A DNA stretch of 64,000 nucleotides from an uncultured Eubacteriales bacterium (GCA_902496015.1 CABUZJ010000005.1:17303-81302); one strand, 5' to 3'. Shown: positions 18,778 to 28,675, numbered from the stretch's first letter. The notes: generated by a model not told the origin, from the letters alone. Made by a program: numbers and translations.

Positions 18778-19467
18778 TTAATAACCACGAAGGTAAACTT
18801 GGTCTATTGAATTGTTTAAAATATTTTTATAAAATAAAGCGGTTTCTTTATCTACTTTGCTAAGGCCAGAGACTAAGTTAGATGGGTGGTCTACAAAACA
18901 TTGTAAATATAGTTTTTTTGCACCCTTTAATAGTTGTGCCATGTCTTCAATTGCGTTTTTTGTGTGCAATTCGTTTACTAAAGTGGTGCGAAATTCATAA
19001 TTTACTGCATTTTTCTTTAAAATTTCAATACTTTGCTTAACATTTTGAAGATTTTCGGGGCTACAAGCGAAATTTTCTAGATATCCCAATTCGTTCGATT
19101 TAATATCCATTGCAACATAATCAATTTTTTTATTGTCTATTAATTTTTGTAAAAGAGCGGGATTAGTTCCATTGGTGTCTAATTTTACGAGAAGATTTAA
19201 GTCTTTTATTTTTGAAATAAAGTTATAAAGTTGTGGATAAAGTGTTGGTTCTCCTCCTGAAATGCACACAGAATCTATTATGCCTTTGCGCTTAGACAAA
19301 TAATCAAAAATTTCTGCCTCGGGGATAGATGAGATATTTTTTAAGTAAACAAGGTCGCTATTTTGACAATAAGGACATCTAAAATTACAACCACCTAAAA
19401 ACAATGTGGTGCATAAATGTCCATCAAAATCTACCATGCTTAATTTTTCCATTCCATAAATATTCAT
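18778..19467 (-). CDS. nrdG: Anaerobic ribonucleotide reductase activating enzyme (radical SAM)
   Basis: SMVDFDGHLCTTLFLGGCNFRCPYCQN contains the CxxxCxxC cluster and is typical of class III activases. ATG 19467 with AGGTGA RBS; the track's GTG lies inside that RBS. Confidence 0.85.
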   Translation of the reverse strand: MNIYGMEKLSMVDFDGHLCTTLFLGGCNFRCPYCQNSDLVYLKNISSIPEAEIFDYLSKRKGIIDSVCISGGEPTLYPQLYNFISKIKDLNLLVKLDTNGTNPALLQKLIDNKKIDYVAMDIKSNELGYLENFACSPENLQNVKQSIEILKKNAVNYEFRTTLVNELHTKNAIEDMAQLLKGAKKLYLQCFVDHPSNLVSGLSKVDKETALFYKNILNNSIDQVYLRGY

Positions 19468-19589
19468 AAAAATCACCTAAAATTATTTTAGCACTTATTT
19501 TTTAGTTTTGCAATTTTTTATTTAATGTAATTAAATTGACTTTATTTAATTTAATATGCTAATCTTTAATTAATAAAAAGGTAATAAAA

Positions 19590-20909
19590 ATGCAACAAAA
19601 AGTTAAAAAAATAAAGCAAGAAAAAGATAGTTTAAAAGATAAAAAACAATATAGACTTTATTGTTTGAAAAAATTTGAAGAATTTAATAATAATGGCAAA
19701 TTAACTGTTGCCATATTTTGTGACACTTTTTTCCCTATTGTTGATGGAGTTATAAATGTTCTAGATAATTATGCAAAAAGGCTTAATAAAATTTGTAATG
19801 TTGCTGTGTTTGTGCCTGAACATAAAGGGTTAACTGTTAAAAAAGATTATTTGGTTTATGGTGTTAAAAGCTTATATTTTAAATTTGTAAATTATGATTT
19901 GGCGTTTCCAGAGATGGATACAGATTTTAAAAAAATTATTAAAAATTTAAGAATAGATATTATTCATTCACATAGTCCTTTTAACATGGGTGCTTTTGCT
20001 GTGAAACTTGCAAGAAGAAGGAAAATTCCTATAGTTAGCCATTTTCATAGTCAGTATAAAAAAGATTTTTATAAGAACACAAGAAGTGAAGCAATAACTA
20101 AAATGCTGTTATCTAACATTATGAAAGTTTTTAATGCAAGCACAGAAGTGTGGACTATGCATAGTGAAAGTTTAAAAACATTAATTAGTTATGGTTTTCA
20201 TGGGCAAAGTTATTTAATTCCAAATGCAACAGATTTCGTGTGCCCAGACAATATTGGTGAATATATAACAAAAGTTAAACAAACATATAAAATTTGGGAA
20301 AATGAAAAGGAGCCAAAAGGTTACACATTTCTTTTTGTTGGAAGGCTTGTTGAAACGAAAAACATTTTATTTATAGTTGATGTGATGAATTATTTAAAAC
20401 AAAAAGGATTGCATTTTAAAATGATTTTTGTTGGTGATGGGCCAGACGAAGCAAAACTTAAAGCAAAAATTAAAAAATTAAAATTGCAAAATGAAATCAT
20501 TTTAACTGGAAGGGTTATTGATAAGAATTTATTAAGTGGTTTTTACGCATTGGCAGACTTATTTGTTTTCCCAAGCCTTTATGATGTTTCTAGCATTGTT
20601 CAAATTGAAGCGGCTTGTTTTAAAACACCAGTTATTTTTGCACGAGATAGTGTTACTAGTTGCACAATTACTGAAGATGAAAATGGATTTATTGCTTCTG
20701 CTGAAGTTGAACCTTTTGCAAATAAGATACTTGAAATTGTGAAGGATAAAAATAATCTTAAATTGGTGGGAGAAAATGCAAGAAAAGAACTTTATGTTGA
20801 TTGGCAAGATGTAGTTAGCACAGCATTTTCGCGATATGAATATTTAATAGATAAAAATAATCGTAGGCTGAAATATTTACAAGCCATTAAAGCATCAAAA
20901 AATTCTTAG
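19590..20909 (+). CDS. GT4-family glycosyltransferase (glycolipid or surface-polymer synthase candidate)
   Basis: N-terminal FFPIVDGV-type motif and C-terminal FVGRLVETKN ... EAACFKTPVI (GT-B, group 1). Confidence 0.8.
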   Translation: MQQKVKKIKQEKDSLKDKKQYRLYCLKKFEEFNNNGKLTVAIFCDTFFPIVDGVINVLDNYAKRLNKICNVAVFVPEHKGLTVKKDYLVYGVKSLYFKFVNYDLAFPEMDTDFKKIIKNLRIDIIHSHSPFNMGAFAVKLARRRKIPIVSHFHSQYKKDFYKNTRSEAITKMLLSNIMKVFNASTEVWTMHSESLKTLISYGFHGQSYLIPNATDFVCPDNIGEYITKVKQTYKIWENEKEPKGYTFLFVGRLVETKNILFIVDVMNYLKQKGLHFKMIFVGDGPDEAKLKAKIKKLKLQNEIILTGRVIDKNLLSGFYALADLFVFPSLYDVSSIVQIEAACFKTPVIFARDSVTSCTITEDENGFIASAEVEPFANKILEIVKDKNNLKLVGENARKELYVDWQDVVSTAFSRYEYLIDKNNRRLKYLQAIKASKNS

Positions 20910-21193
20910 GCATATTGTTATTTTATTAAACTGTTAAAATGTGAAAATAAAGTTATATTTGAATTTATTCAACTTTTACTTATTATTTTGGGTTGGGTCA
21001 TTTTTAAAATATTATATTCATAAAAAATTTTAGCAATTTTAATAAAAATAATAATCAAAAAATTAGAAAAATTTATATATTTCAAAATTGGTTTAATTGT
21101 TATAAAAAATAAGTAATAATTATACTCAATATTGACAGATTATTTTATGTTGTGTTAAACTTAGGTAATTAAAACTAAGGAATTTTTAATTTA

Positions 21194-22519
21194 ATGAAAG
21201 AATTTTTTTTGGCAATTAAGCAGGAATATTTAAGTTATAGGGTGGCTGTAAATATTGTCATTTTAGCAACACTTTGTCTTTGCTCAATGATAACGCAGTT
21301 TATGAATATTGCCTTGTTAGTTGTTGTGGCAATAATATTTGTTTTAACTCCATTTAAAGAAGAGATATTTTATTATTTAATGTTTTTAGCTCCATTTGCA
21401 TCTAGTTTAAGATTATTTGATTTGGAACTTGTGTATATCACATTATTAGCTTTTGGGAATGTTTGTTTATTTATTAAATTGGTTTTTGAAAAAAAAGTTA
21501 GAATTAATTGGTTTATATTAATTTCTTTCATTTTGCTTTTTGTTTATATGTTTATGCCAATCGGTGAATATAACTTTAAGAAATTTGGATATATTGGTTT
21601 GATTGCTGTTATTATTTTAAGCAGTTATAACATTTATTCTTATAGAGATAAATTAAGTGTTTCTAAGTTAGCCAAATTTGGTTTATTTGGATTGATTTAT
21701 GCAAGCTTACTTACAATATTTTTACCTTACTTTCCTGAAATAAATAAATTTATAATTTTAACTTATAGTGGAGAGTTTAAAAGGTTTAATGCGTTGTTTA
21801 CAAATCCTAATCACTTATCTGAATTTTGCGTTGTTTTGATTTCATTGTTTGCAAGTGTTATTATTTGTGATAATCATAAAAGAAAAAACATTTTGTTTTT
21901 TATAATTTCATTGATAATTGGCTATTTGTCATATAGTAAATCGTTTATGCTTTTATGTGGCTTAGTTTTGTTTATTTTATTAGTTTATTCAATTATTTTT
22001 TGTTATAAAAATGCAAATTATAAAAAGCACTTATTATGGGTGTTACCAATTTTTGTTGTGATTATTGCAGTTACTGGGTATGTGTTTTTACAGCGAAGTG
22101 GTATTTTATCGGGTGAGTTTAATTTAGATAGCATAACAACAGATAGGGTGGATATTTGGATTAACGCATTAAAAGAGGTTGCAAAAAGTCCTATAAGTTT
22201 AATTTTTGGTTTAGGCATGGCAAGCGAACTAATAACTTCGGGTGGTTATTTATCTACTCATAATATATACATTGAATTTTTTCAAAGACTTGGGATTGTT
22301 GGGACATTAATTTTATTAGTAATTATTGTTTATTGTTTTGTAACTGCGTTGAAAAAAAATAAAGTTCATTTTTCTAGTTTTATTCCACTTTTTATAGTGA
22401 TGTGTTATGGATTAGCAGAGTCACTTATTCTTAATATGTGCATGATTTATTTAATTCCAATAAGTATTGGCATTTGCTTTATAGATTGCAATAAAAAATT
22501 AAGGGTTAAAAATGAATAA
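21194..22519 (+). CDS. O-antigen ligase / Wzy-like polytopic membrane protein
   Basis: About 10-12 TM segments. The motif STHNIYIEFFQRLGIVG is typical of the Wzy_C domain. Confidence 0.65.
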   Translation: MKEFFLAIKQEYLSYRVAVNIVILATLCLCSMITQFMNIALLVVVAIIFVLTPFKEEIFYYLMFLAPFASSLRLFDLELVYITLLAFGNVCLFIKLVFEKKVRINWFILISFILLFVYMFMPIGEYNFKKFGYIGLIAVIILSSYNIYSYRDKLSVSKLAKFGLFGLIYASLLTIFLPYFPEINKFIILTYSGEFKRFNALFTNPNHLSEFCVVLISLFASVIICDNHKRKNILFFIISLIIGYLSYSKSFMLLCGLVLFILLVYSIIFCYKNANYKKHLLWVLPIFVVIIAVTGYVFLQRSGILSGEFNLDSITTDRVDIWINALKEVAKSPISLIFGLGMASELITSGGYLSTHNIYIEFFQRLGIVGTLILLVIIVYCFVTALKKNKVHFSSFIPLFIVMCYGLAESLILNMCMIYLIPISIGICFIDCNKKLRVKNE

Positions 22520-23264
22520 GTTCAATATTAAAAAAATGATAAAAAAAGGATTTACATTGTTTGAGGAAGCAATGTATCCTGAATACAAATGCATTTCTTG
22601 TGGAGAAGAGTTGCAAGATTTAAGTGATAGAATTTGCCCTGAATGTTTAAGTGAAATTGATTTTCATGAAGGAAAAGTTTGTAAAATCTGTGGAGCAGAA
22701 ATTTCACCGCAACAAGTTGTGTGTTCGTCTTGCAAGAATGTGCAATATAATTTCGATTGTGCAATTTCTGTTTGTGAATATGGAAATATTAGTGGCAAAA
22801 TTGTTAAATCGTTAAAATATAATGGTAAAAAATATGTTGCTAAGTATATGGCAAAATATATGGCAGACACATATTTTAAAAGTAGTGAAGTGGCAGACAT
22901 TATTACTTTTGTTCCACAAAATCCAATTAAAGGCAAGTTTAGAGGTTTTGACCATGCTGAACTTATAGCAAATGATTTGGCAAAAATATTAAATTTGCCA
23001 ATTAAAAACATGTTAATGAGAGTGAAGGACACACCTAATCAAGCATCTTTACCAAGGTCAATGAGAATGACAAATCTAGATGGAGCATTTGACATTATAA
23101 AAGATTTAGATTTACGCACTAAAACTGTGTTGTTAGTTGATGATGTTTACACGACTGGGGCTACTGCTAATGAATGCAGTTTAATGTTAAAAAAGGCAAA
23201 CCCTAGAAGGATTGTAACTCTAACTTTTGCAAAAACCACTGATCCAAATTTATTGGGAGCATAA
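22512..23264 (+). CDS. comFC: ComF-family protein (double zinc ribbon plus phosphoribosyltransferase domain)
   Basis: CISCGE...CPEC and CKICG...CSSC ribbons. PRTase motif VLLVDDVYTTGAT. 8-nt overlap with the upstream gene. Confidence 0.85.
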   Translation: MNKFNIKKMIKKGFTLFEEAMYPEYKCISCGEELQDLSDRICPECLSEIDFHEGKVCKICGAEISPQQVVCSSCKNVQYNFDCAISVCEYGNISGKIVKSLKYNGKKYVAKYMAKYMADTYFKSSEVADIITFVPQNPIKGKFRGFDHAELIANDLAKILNLPIKNMLMRVKDTPNQASLPRSMRMTNLDGAFDIIKDLDLRTKTVLLVDDVYTTGATANECSLMLKKANPRRIVTLTFAKTTDPNLLGA

Positions 23265-23318
23265 TGTTTAAGATTTTACAATAATTTTCAAAATTTGCAA
23301 AAATTGTTTTAAAAGGCA

Positions 23319-23347
23319 TTGACAACAACTTGTCCGTGTGTTAAAAT
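23319..23347 (+). promoter_or_regulatory. Promoter TTGACA-17-TAAAAT of the rpmG-secE-nusG-rplKA unit
   Basis: Read directly. The track's N-terminal extension of L33 starts inside this -35. Confidence 0.7.
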
Positions 23348-23393
23348 AACACTGCACCAAAAAAGCGGTGTTAATTTTTTAGGAGAAAAAGTT

Positions 23394-23543
23394 ATGAGAA
23401 CTAAGATTACCCTTGAATGCACTGAATGCAAACAAAGAAATTATGACGATTATAAAAATAAGAAGAACGACCCAGATAGAATTCAATTAAACAAATATTG
23501 CCCTTTCTGCAAAAAACACACTCTTCATAAAGAAGCAAAATAA
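23394..23543 (+). CDS. rpmG: 50S ribosomal protein L33 (Zn-ribbon form)
   Basis: [17 protein letters not shown]...[20 protein letters not shown] at 23381. Confidence 0.95.
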   Translation: MRTKITLECTECKQRNYDDYKNKKNDPDRIQLNKYCPFCKKHTLHKEAK

Positions 23544-23562
23544 GTTTTTATAAGGAGACCTT

Positions 23563-23880
23563 ATGGCAAAAAATAATAAATTAAAGCCACAAACATTAGA
23601 CAATGTGGCAACGCCAACAGAAAACACGGTTAAGCCTAAAAAGGCAGAAGGTAAAAAAGTAGATAAAACCAACAAAAAGGTTAAGGCTAAAAAAGACAAT
23701 CAGCCAAAAAGGAGCAGAACCAAAGAAACTTTTGGTGAGCTTAAAAAAGTAACTTGGCCAACCTTTGGTAAAACCATGGCACAAACAGGCATGGTTATTG
23801 CAGTTGTGGCAATTTTTGCTGTTTTAGTGCTTGGGGTAGACTTGCTTTTAGGTTGGTTATTTGGACTAATTTCGGGTTAA
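23563..23880 (+). CDS. secE: Preprotein translocase subunit SecE with a Lys-rich N-terminal extension
   Basis: ELKKVTWPT motif followed by a single TM. Position between rpmG and nusG. Confidence 0.9.
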   Translation: MAKNNKLKPQTLDNVATPTENTVKPKKAEGKKVDKTNKKVKAKKDNQPKRSRTKETFGELKKVTWPTFGKTMAQTGMVIAVVAIFAVLVLGVDLLLGWLFGLISG

Positions 23881-23893
23881 AAGGAGAAAGAGT

Positions 23894-24424
23894 ATGGCAG
23901 ATGAAATTTTAGAAGAACCAAAATGGTATGTTGTTCACACTTTCTCGGGCTATGAAAACATGGTTTATGATAATCTTATTAAAACCATTGAAAAAAATGA
24001 CCTTGGCGACCGAATTTTAGAAGTTAAAATTCCTATGGAAGATGTTATTGAAGAAAAGAACGGTAAAAAAGTTGTTGTTTCAAGAAAAATGTTCCCTTGC
24101 TATGTTCTTTTAAAAATGCGTTACCAAGACAACCTTTGGCACACAATTGTTAATACTCGTGGGGTAACTGGCTTTGTTGGCCCACAGGGCAGACCTCTTC
24201 CACTTACAGATGATGAAATTAGAAAAATGCGTCTTGAAAAAATTAATGTGGATATTAAGGTTGAAGTGGGTAATAACATAAAAATTATTTCAGGACCACT
24301 TGAAGGCTTTGTTGGGCAAGTTTTAAGTGTGGATAACGATAATCAAAAATGCAGGGTTAATGTTGAGATGTTTGGGCGTCTTACCCCTGTTGATGTAGAT
24401 TTTGACCAAATCGAAATTATTTAG
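23894..24424 (+). CDS. nusG: Transcription termination/antitermination factor NusG
   Basis: KWYVVHTFSGYEN NGN motif and a C-terminal KOW. Confidence 0.97.
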   Translation: MADEILEEPKWYVVHTFSGYENMVYDNLIKTIEKNDLGDRILEVKIPMEDVIEEKNGKKVVVSRKMFPCYVLLKMRYQDNLWHTIVNTRGVTGFVGPQGRPLPLTDDEIRKMRLEKINVDIKVEVGNNIKIISGPLEGFVGQVLSVDNDNQKCRVNVEMFGRLTPVDVDFDQIEII

Positions 24425-24526
24425 GTTTATTCTGGCAGTCAAGCCAGTTTAAATATTAGTGGGAGAGGTAAATTTGTTCATGCCTCATTAAAACCACATT
24501 TGTTTTAAAAACAAAAGGAGAAAATT

Positions 24527-24958
24527 ATGGCACCTGTTAAAAAGATAACCGCAGTTGTTAAACTTCAATTGCCAGCAGGCAAAGCAACAGCTGCACCTCC
24601 TGTTGGTTCAATGCTAGGACCATACGGGATTCAACTTCCTGCTTTCGTTAAAGATTTTAACGATAGAACAGCAAGTCAAGTGGGCATGACCATTCCTGTG
24701 GTTATAACCATTTATGCAGACCGTTCGTTCACTTTTATTACAAAAACTCCACCTGTTGCCGTTTTAATTAAAAAGGCAATTGGAATTGAAAGTGGAAGTG
24801 CGAAACCAAACAAAGAAAAAGTCGGAAAAATTACAATGGCTCAGGTAACTGAAATTGCAAAAACTAAAATGCCAGACCTTAATGCAGCAAGTCTTGAAGC
24901 CGCAATTAGCATGGTTCGTGGAACTGCACGAAGCATGGGCGTTACTGTGGAGGAATAG
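24527..24958 (+). CDS. rplK: 50S ribosomal protein L11
   Basis: [25 protein letters not shown]. Confidence 0.98.
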   Translation: MAPVKKITAVVKLQLPAGKATAAPPVGSMLGPYGIQLPAFVKDFNDRTASQVGMTIPVVITIYADRSFTFITKTPPVAVLIKKAIGIESGSAKPNKEKVGKITMAQVTEIAKTKMPDLNAASLEAAISMVRGTARSMGVTVEE

Positions 24959-24961
24959 ACA

Positions 24962-25651
24962 ATGAAACACGGAAAGAAATATACATTAAGTGCTCAAAAA
25001 GTTGAAAAGCAAAAGACTTATGATGTACGCGAAGCATTAGAACTTGCAATTGCCACAGCACCTGCAAAATTTGATGAAACAATTGAACTTCATGTTAAAC
25101 TTGGGGTAGACCCAAAGAATGCAGACCAACAAGTTCGTGGAACAGTTGTTTTACCACATGGAACTGGTAAATCTGTTAAGGTGTTAGTTATTGCTAAGGG
25201 CGACAAGGCAGACCAAGCAAAAGTTGCTGGTGCAGATTATGTTGGCGCAGAAGAAATGATTGATAAAATTATGAAAGAAAATTGGTTAGATTTTGATGCC
25301 TGCATTACAACACCAGATATGATGGGATTAGTTGGTAGAATTGCTAGGGTGTTAGGGCCAAGAGGATTAATGCCTAACCCTAAAAGTGGAACAGTTACTA
25401 CTGATGTTACTAAGGCTATAAAAGATATCAAGGCTGGTAAAGTTGAATATAGGCTAGATAAGTTTGGAATTATTCATGTTGCAATTGGTAAAAAGAGTTT
25501 TGGAGTTGATAAACTTGAAGAAAACTTTGCAAGCGTTATGGATGCTATTGTTAAAGCAAAACCACAAGCAGCAAAAGGAACTTATTTAAAATCAATTTTT
25601 GTTGCTAGCACAATGGGACCATCTGTTAAAACAACTTACAGAATGGCATAG
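24962..25651 (+). CDS. rplA: 50S ribosomal protein L1
   Basis: [34 protein letters not shown]. Confidence 0.98.
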   Translation: MKHGKKYTLSAQKVEKQKTYDVREALELAIATAPAKFDETIELHVKLGVDPKNADQQVRGTVVLPHGTGKSVKVLVIAKGDKADQAKVAGADYVGAEEMIDKIMKENWLDFDACITTPDMMGLVGRIARVLGPRGLMPNPKSGTVTTDVTKAIKDIKAGKVEYRLDKFGIIHVAIGKKSFGVDKLEENFASVMDAIVKAKPQAAKGTYLKSIFVASTMGPSVKTTYRMA

Positions 25652-25657
25652 TAAAAC

Positions 25658-25695
25658 AAAGCATATTTATTTAGTTAAATATGCTTTTTTATTTT
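25658..25695 (+). terminator. Terminator after rplA
   Basis: AAAGCATATTTA-tttagt-TAAATATGCTTT followed by TTTTATTTTT. Confidence 0.8.
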
Positions 25696-25748
25696 TAATT
25701 GAACATAAATTTGTTAATCATTATAAATTGGATTTATAAACAAAATAC

Positions 25749-25777
25749 TTGTTTATAGTTTAGAATATTTGTATAAT
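25749..25777 (+). promoter_or_regulatory. Promoter TTGTTT-17-TATAAT for the orphan gene
   Basis: Read directly. Confidence 0.5.
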
Positions 25778-25824
25778 TTCAATTAGAAATTAGAAATTTA
25801 GTTTAAATGATAAAGGAGGACATT

Positions 25825-26490
25825 ATGACTGCAAAAAAGATAAAGGTTGATGATGTTGGTGAACTTGCGAATAAAAAGCAATCAACTAATGAATCTGCTA
25901 ATAATTTTAGGGAAAAGATGTTTAAGGCAGAATATTCAACATTAATTAAATATTATCATGACAACACATATAAAATGATTGATGAAAGTATAAGAAGTTA
26001 TAAAAAACGAGTAATTAAGTCACAAAGCCCTGAAATAGCACTTGCATATATTATGGCAACACAAATTCCATTAATAAGTTATTTGGATTTAAGGTCTAAG
26101 AAAGAACAAAGTAAGTTATTTGAACACCCTGAAAGATTATTTGAAAATAAAGACTATGCACCATTTGAAGAAGTAATAATAAAAAATGGCAACTATAACC
26201 AGATTAAACATGCATTGAATTGTTTGGGAACAAATGCAGTTAATATGGGTTTTGCAACATATGTTAAAGGGAAAAAATCAGGTAAAACTGATGAGCAAAT
26301 AAAACAAGATATAAATGAAATTCTTGAATTTAGGAAAAAACAAGAAGTTAAAATTATTAATTTTACTAACTATCCTAATATTGAAAGATTAGAAGAAAAT
26401 TGTGAAAAAATTAAACTTCAAATTGAAGAAGCAATTATAAAGTTTAATAAAAATAATGAAAGTGATAATAAAGAACAATTAGAAAAATAA
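25825..26490 (+). CDS. Orphan helical cytoplasmic protein (221 aa) inserted between rplA and rplJ
   Basis: AAGGAGGA RBS 6 nt upstream of ATG 25825. No recognisable motif. Flanked by its own promoter and terminator. Confidence 0.65.
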   Translation: MTAKKIKVDDVGELANKKQSTNESANNFREKMFKAEYSTLIKYYHDNTYKMIDESIRSYKKRVIKSQSPEIALAYIMATQIPLISYLDLRSKKEQSKLFEHPERLFENKDYAPFEEVIIKNGNYNQIKHALNCLGTNAVNMGFATYVKGKKSGKTDEQIKQDINEILEFRKKQEVKIINFTNYPNIERLEENCEKIKLQIEEAIIKFNKNNESDNKEQLEK

Positions 26491-26525
26491 AAAGCAATAA
26501 TGATAAAAATCTTTATTGCTTTCAT
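26491..26525 (+). terminator. Hairpin after the orphan gene
   Basis: AAAGCAATAA-12 nt-TTATTGCTTT; weak T tract. Confidence 0.5.
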
Positions 26526-26542
26526 AAAATTTTGATTTTCTA

Positions 26543-26571
26543 TTGACAAACTGAAATTTATTGCTTATAAT
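26543..26571 (+). promoter_or_regulatory. Consensus promoter TTGACA-17-TATAAT of rplJL
   Basis: Perfect hexamers and spacing. Confidence 0.8.
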
Positions 26572-26577
26572 AATTGA

Positions 26578-26700
26578 GCAATTAAATATTTAATCTTTAC
26601 AGCCAAAGACAGCAAGTGGAAATCTTCCTTAATTTCTTGCCGAGGTGAACAGAATGGTTATAACACCCTTATGTTTTTGACTGCATAAGGGTTTTTTATT
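26578..26700 (+). promoter_or_regulatory. Ribosomal protein L10 leader (L10(L12)4 autoregulatory RNA) with terminal attenuator hairpin
   Basis: GACAGCAAG...CTTGCCGAGG has the same architecture as the Bacillus rplJ leader (GACCGUAGG...CCUACCGAGG). It is followed by CCCTTATG-10 nt-CATAAGGG plus TTTTTT (26665-26698). Confidence 0.7.
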
Positions 26701-26736
26701 TAATTTATTTCACACTTAATTAAAAGGGAGGAAAAT

Positions 26737-27225
26737 ATGTCAGCAAATTTTGAGAATAAAAAAGTTATAGTTGAAGAAATTAAAAACTATGCAAAAGATG
26801 CTAAGTCTATTGTGCTTGTTGACTATAAAGGTCTAACTGTGGAACAAGTTACAGAGTTAAGAAAGGCTTTTCGTTCGGCTGGCTGTGTTTATAAAGTTTA
26901 TAAAAACAGACTTATGAAAAGGGCATTTGAAGAACTTTCTATTAACTTTGAACCAAGCCTTTTAGAAGGAACAACCGCAGTTGCTTTTAGCAAAGATGAT
27001 GTTGTTGCTCCTGCCAAGATTGCAGTTGATGGTGAAACAAAGTATAAAGTTATGAAGGTGAAAGCTGGATATGTTGAAGGTAAACTTTGTAACGAAAAAG
27101 AAATTAAAGCTTTGGCTTCAATCCCTTCAAAAGAAGTTTTGGTGGCACAATTACTTGGTATGCTTACACACCCAATGCGTTCACTTGCTGTTGCAATTAA
27201 TGAGATTGCAAAAAAGAGTGCATAA
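26737..27225 (+). CDS. rplJ: 50S ribosomal protein L10
   Basis: Sequence and position; VLVDYKGLTVEQVTELRKAFR. Confidence 0.97.
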   Translation: MSANFENKKVIVEEIKNYAKDAKSIVLVDYKGLTVEQVTELRKAFRSAGCVYKVYKNRLMKRAFEELSINFEPSLLEGTTAVAFSKDDVVAPAKIAVDGETKYKVMKVKAGYVEGKLCNEKEIKALASIPSKEVLVAQLLGMLTHPMRSLAVAINEIAKKSA

Positions 27226-27254
27226 TTAAAATTTTAATTTAAGGAGAAAATAAA

Positions 27255-27629
27255 ATGGCAGATATTAAAAAAATGTTAGAAGAAATTAAAGGCATGACAG
27301 TTGTTGAATTAAACGATTTTGTTCATGCAATTGAAGAAGAATTTGGCGTTAGCGCTGCTGCAATGGCAGTTGCAGCTCCTGCTGGTGGGGCTGCTAGTGC
27401 ACCAGCTGAAGAAGAAAAAACTGAATTTAATGTTGTATTAAAAGAAGTTGGTGCAAATAAGATTGCTGTTATAAAAGTTGTTCGTGAAATTACTGGTCTT
27501 GGCCTTGCTGAATCTAAGGCAATGGTTGAAACACCAAATGCAACTATTAAAGAGAATGTTGCAAAAGATGCAGCTAATGAAATGGTAGCTAAGTTTAAAG
27601 AAGCAGGCGCCGTTGCTGAACTTAAATAA
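27255..27629 (+). CDS. rplL: 50S ribosomal protein L7/L12
   Basis: Ala-rich hinge, [24 protein letters not shown]. Confidence 0.98.
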   Translation: MADIKKMLEEIKGMTVVELNDFVHAIEEEFGVSAAAMAVAAPAGGAASAPAEEEKTEFNVVLKEVGANKIAVIKVVREITGLGLAESKAMVETPNATIKENVAKDAANEMVAKFKEAGAVAELK

Positions 27630-27664
27630 ATTAATGCAATCAAATAGTAAGTGTGAAATTTAAG

Positions 27665-27690
27665 TACACCTAAATTTAGGTGTATTTTTT
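27665..27690 (+). terminator. Terminator after rplL
   Basis: TACACCTA-aatt-TAGGTGTA plus TTTTTT. Confidence 0.8.
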
Positions 27691-27814
27691 ATTGCTTTTG
27701 TTAAATTTTATCTTATTTTAACGAATTATGCATAAATTTTTTTATTTTGCAAATATTAAGTATAGCTATGATAAACTAACATATATTATCAAGCATAATA
27801 AAAAGGAGATAAAC

Positions 27815-28267
27815 ATGAAACATTTTAGCAAAAGGTTTTTCATATTTTTAGTATTGCCTATAATATTATTTGTTGCGTTTGTTTTCACGGCTTGTGGTGA
27901 TGACCCTAAAAAAGAAACAACTTATTTAACAGATGTGACTACTATGGATTTCATTGATCAAGTTATAGTTACAGAACAAGAAAATAAATTAAATTTAATA
28001 GGCGTTATTTTTAATAAAGATATTCCACAGACTAATATAGAAGCAGAATATTTAGATAATGATATAATATTACAAAGAACAGTTATTGAAGATTATAATG
28101 GCCCTGATAGCGGTGTGTTTGGATATCAATATTCTTATTCATTTGCCAATCCGCCAGAAAAATTGGTATATGACAAAAAACCAATTGAGATAAAAGTTAA
28201 AGTTAGTGATAAATATTATAAGTTTGGATTAACAACCGATTTAATAGACAAAATTATAGGTATGTAA
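27815..28267 (+). CDS. Small orphan lipoprotein (150 aa)
   Basis: Lipobox VFTA|C. AAGGAG RBS. ATG 27815 preferred over the track start 27728. Confidence 0.65.
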   Translation: MKHFSKRFFIFLVLPIILFVAFVFTACGDDPKKETTYLTDVTTMDFIDQVIVTEQENKLNLIGVIFNKDIPQTNIEAEYLDNDIILQRTVIEDYNGPDSGVFGYQYSYSFANPPEKLVYDKKPIEIKVKVSDKYYKFGLTTDLIDKIIGM

Positions 28268-28273
28268 AAAATA

Positions 28274-28300
28274 AAAAGCACTTAAACATTAAGTGCTTTT
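28274..28300. terminator. Bidirectional terminator between convergent genes
   Basis: AAAAGCACTTAA-aca-TTAAGTGCTTTT. Confidence 0.75.
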
Positions 28301-28611
28301 TATTTTGGAAGATAAGTTGCGCAAGCGGGACAAGTGCCTTTTTTTGTGGTGCAAATATTTAAGTTTTCAACAGTTATTCCATTAGCAATACACATTTGGT
28401 CGTTTTCAAATAAACATGGGGCTGTGCATCTAACATTTGTGTTGTGACGAACTAGCATTTGAGGAATTTTATCTTCTTCGTGTTTATTTGGTTGGCTAGA
28501 CTTAGTGTAAGTTGTGCATTCAGTTACTTTACTAATGTCTATTCCCTTTGCCATGCAATTACATGCTTTATTATAAACACAATCTTCTTTATTACATTTT
28601 AAATCTACCAT
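28300..28611 (-). CDS. Cys-rich protein with two DUF1540-like repeats
   Basis: CNKEDCVYNKACNCMAKGIDIS and CTAPCLFENDQMCIANGITVEN resemble the DUF1540 pattern C..C.YN....C.A..I.V. Confidence 0.55.
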   Translation of the reverse strand: MVDLKCNKEDCVYNKACNCMAKGIDISKVTECTTYTKSSQPNKHEEDKIPQMLVRHNTNVRCTAPCLFENDQMCIANGITVENLNICTTKKGTCPACATYLPK

Positions 28612-28675
28612 TATTATTACCTCTTAATTTTAAATTATTAACCGCATTTTAGTTTTTATTCGCATAATTAAATTA

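Noticed and set aside
23319-23393. N-terminal 25-aa extension of L33 in the ORF track, with similar TTG/GTG-extended starts at 27728, 29543, 52071, 52929, 54177 and 39800
   Set aside because: The extensions begin inside promoter hexamers or upstream of strong RBS-ATG pairs, and they add non-conserved residues to well-known N-termini.
27323-27643. Antisense and out-of-frame ORFs from the six-frame track inside conserved genes. Examples: 27323-27643(-) in rplL; 33418-33962(-) and 36522-36920(-) in rpoC; 29852-32789 (various) in rpoB; 11308-12746 in nrdD; 47898-48863(-) in typA; 50157-50564(-); 52568-52894(-); 1006-6139 inside the giant ORF
   Set aside because: They fully overlap strongly supported genes, have no RBS, and have low-complexity or hydrophobic translations typical of the antisense frames of AT-rich coding DNA.
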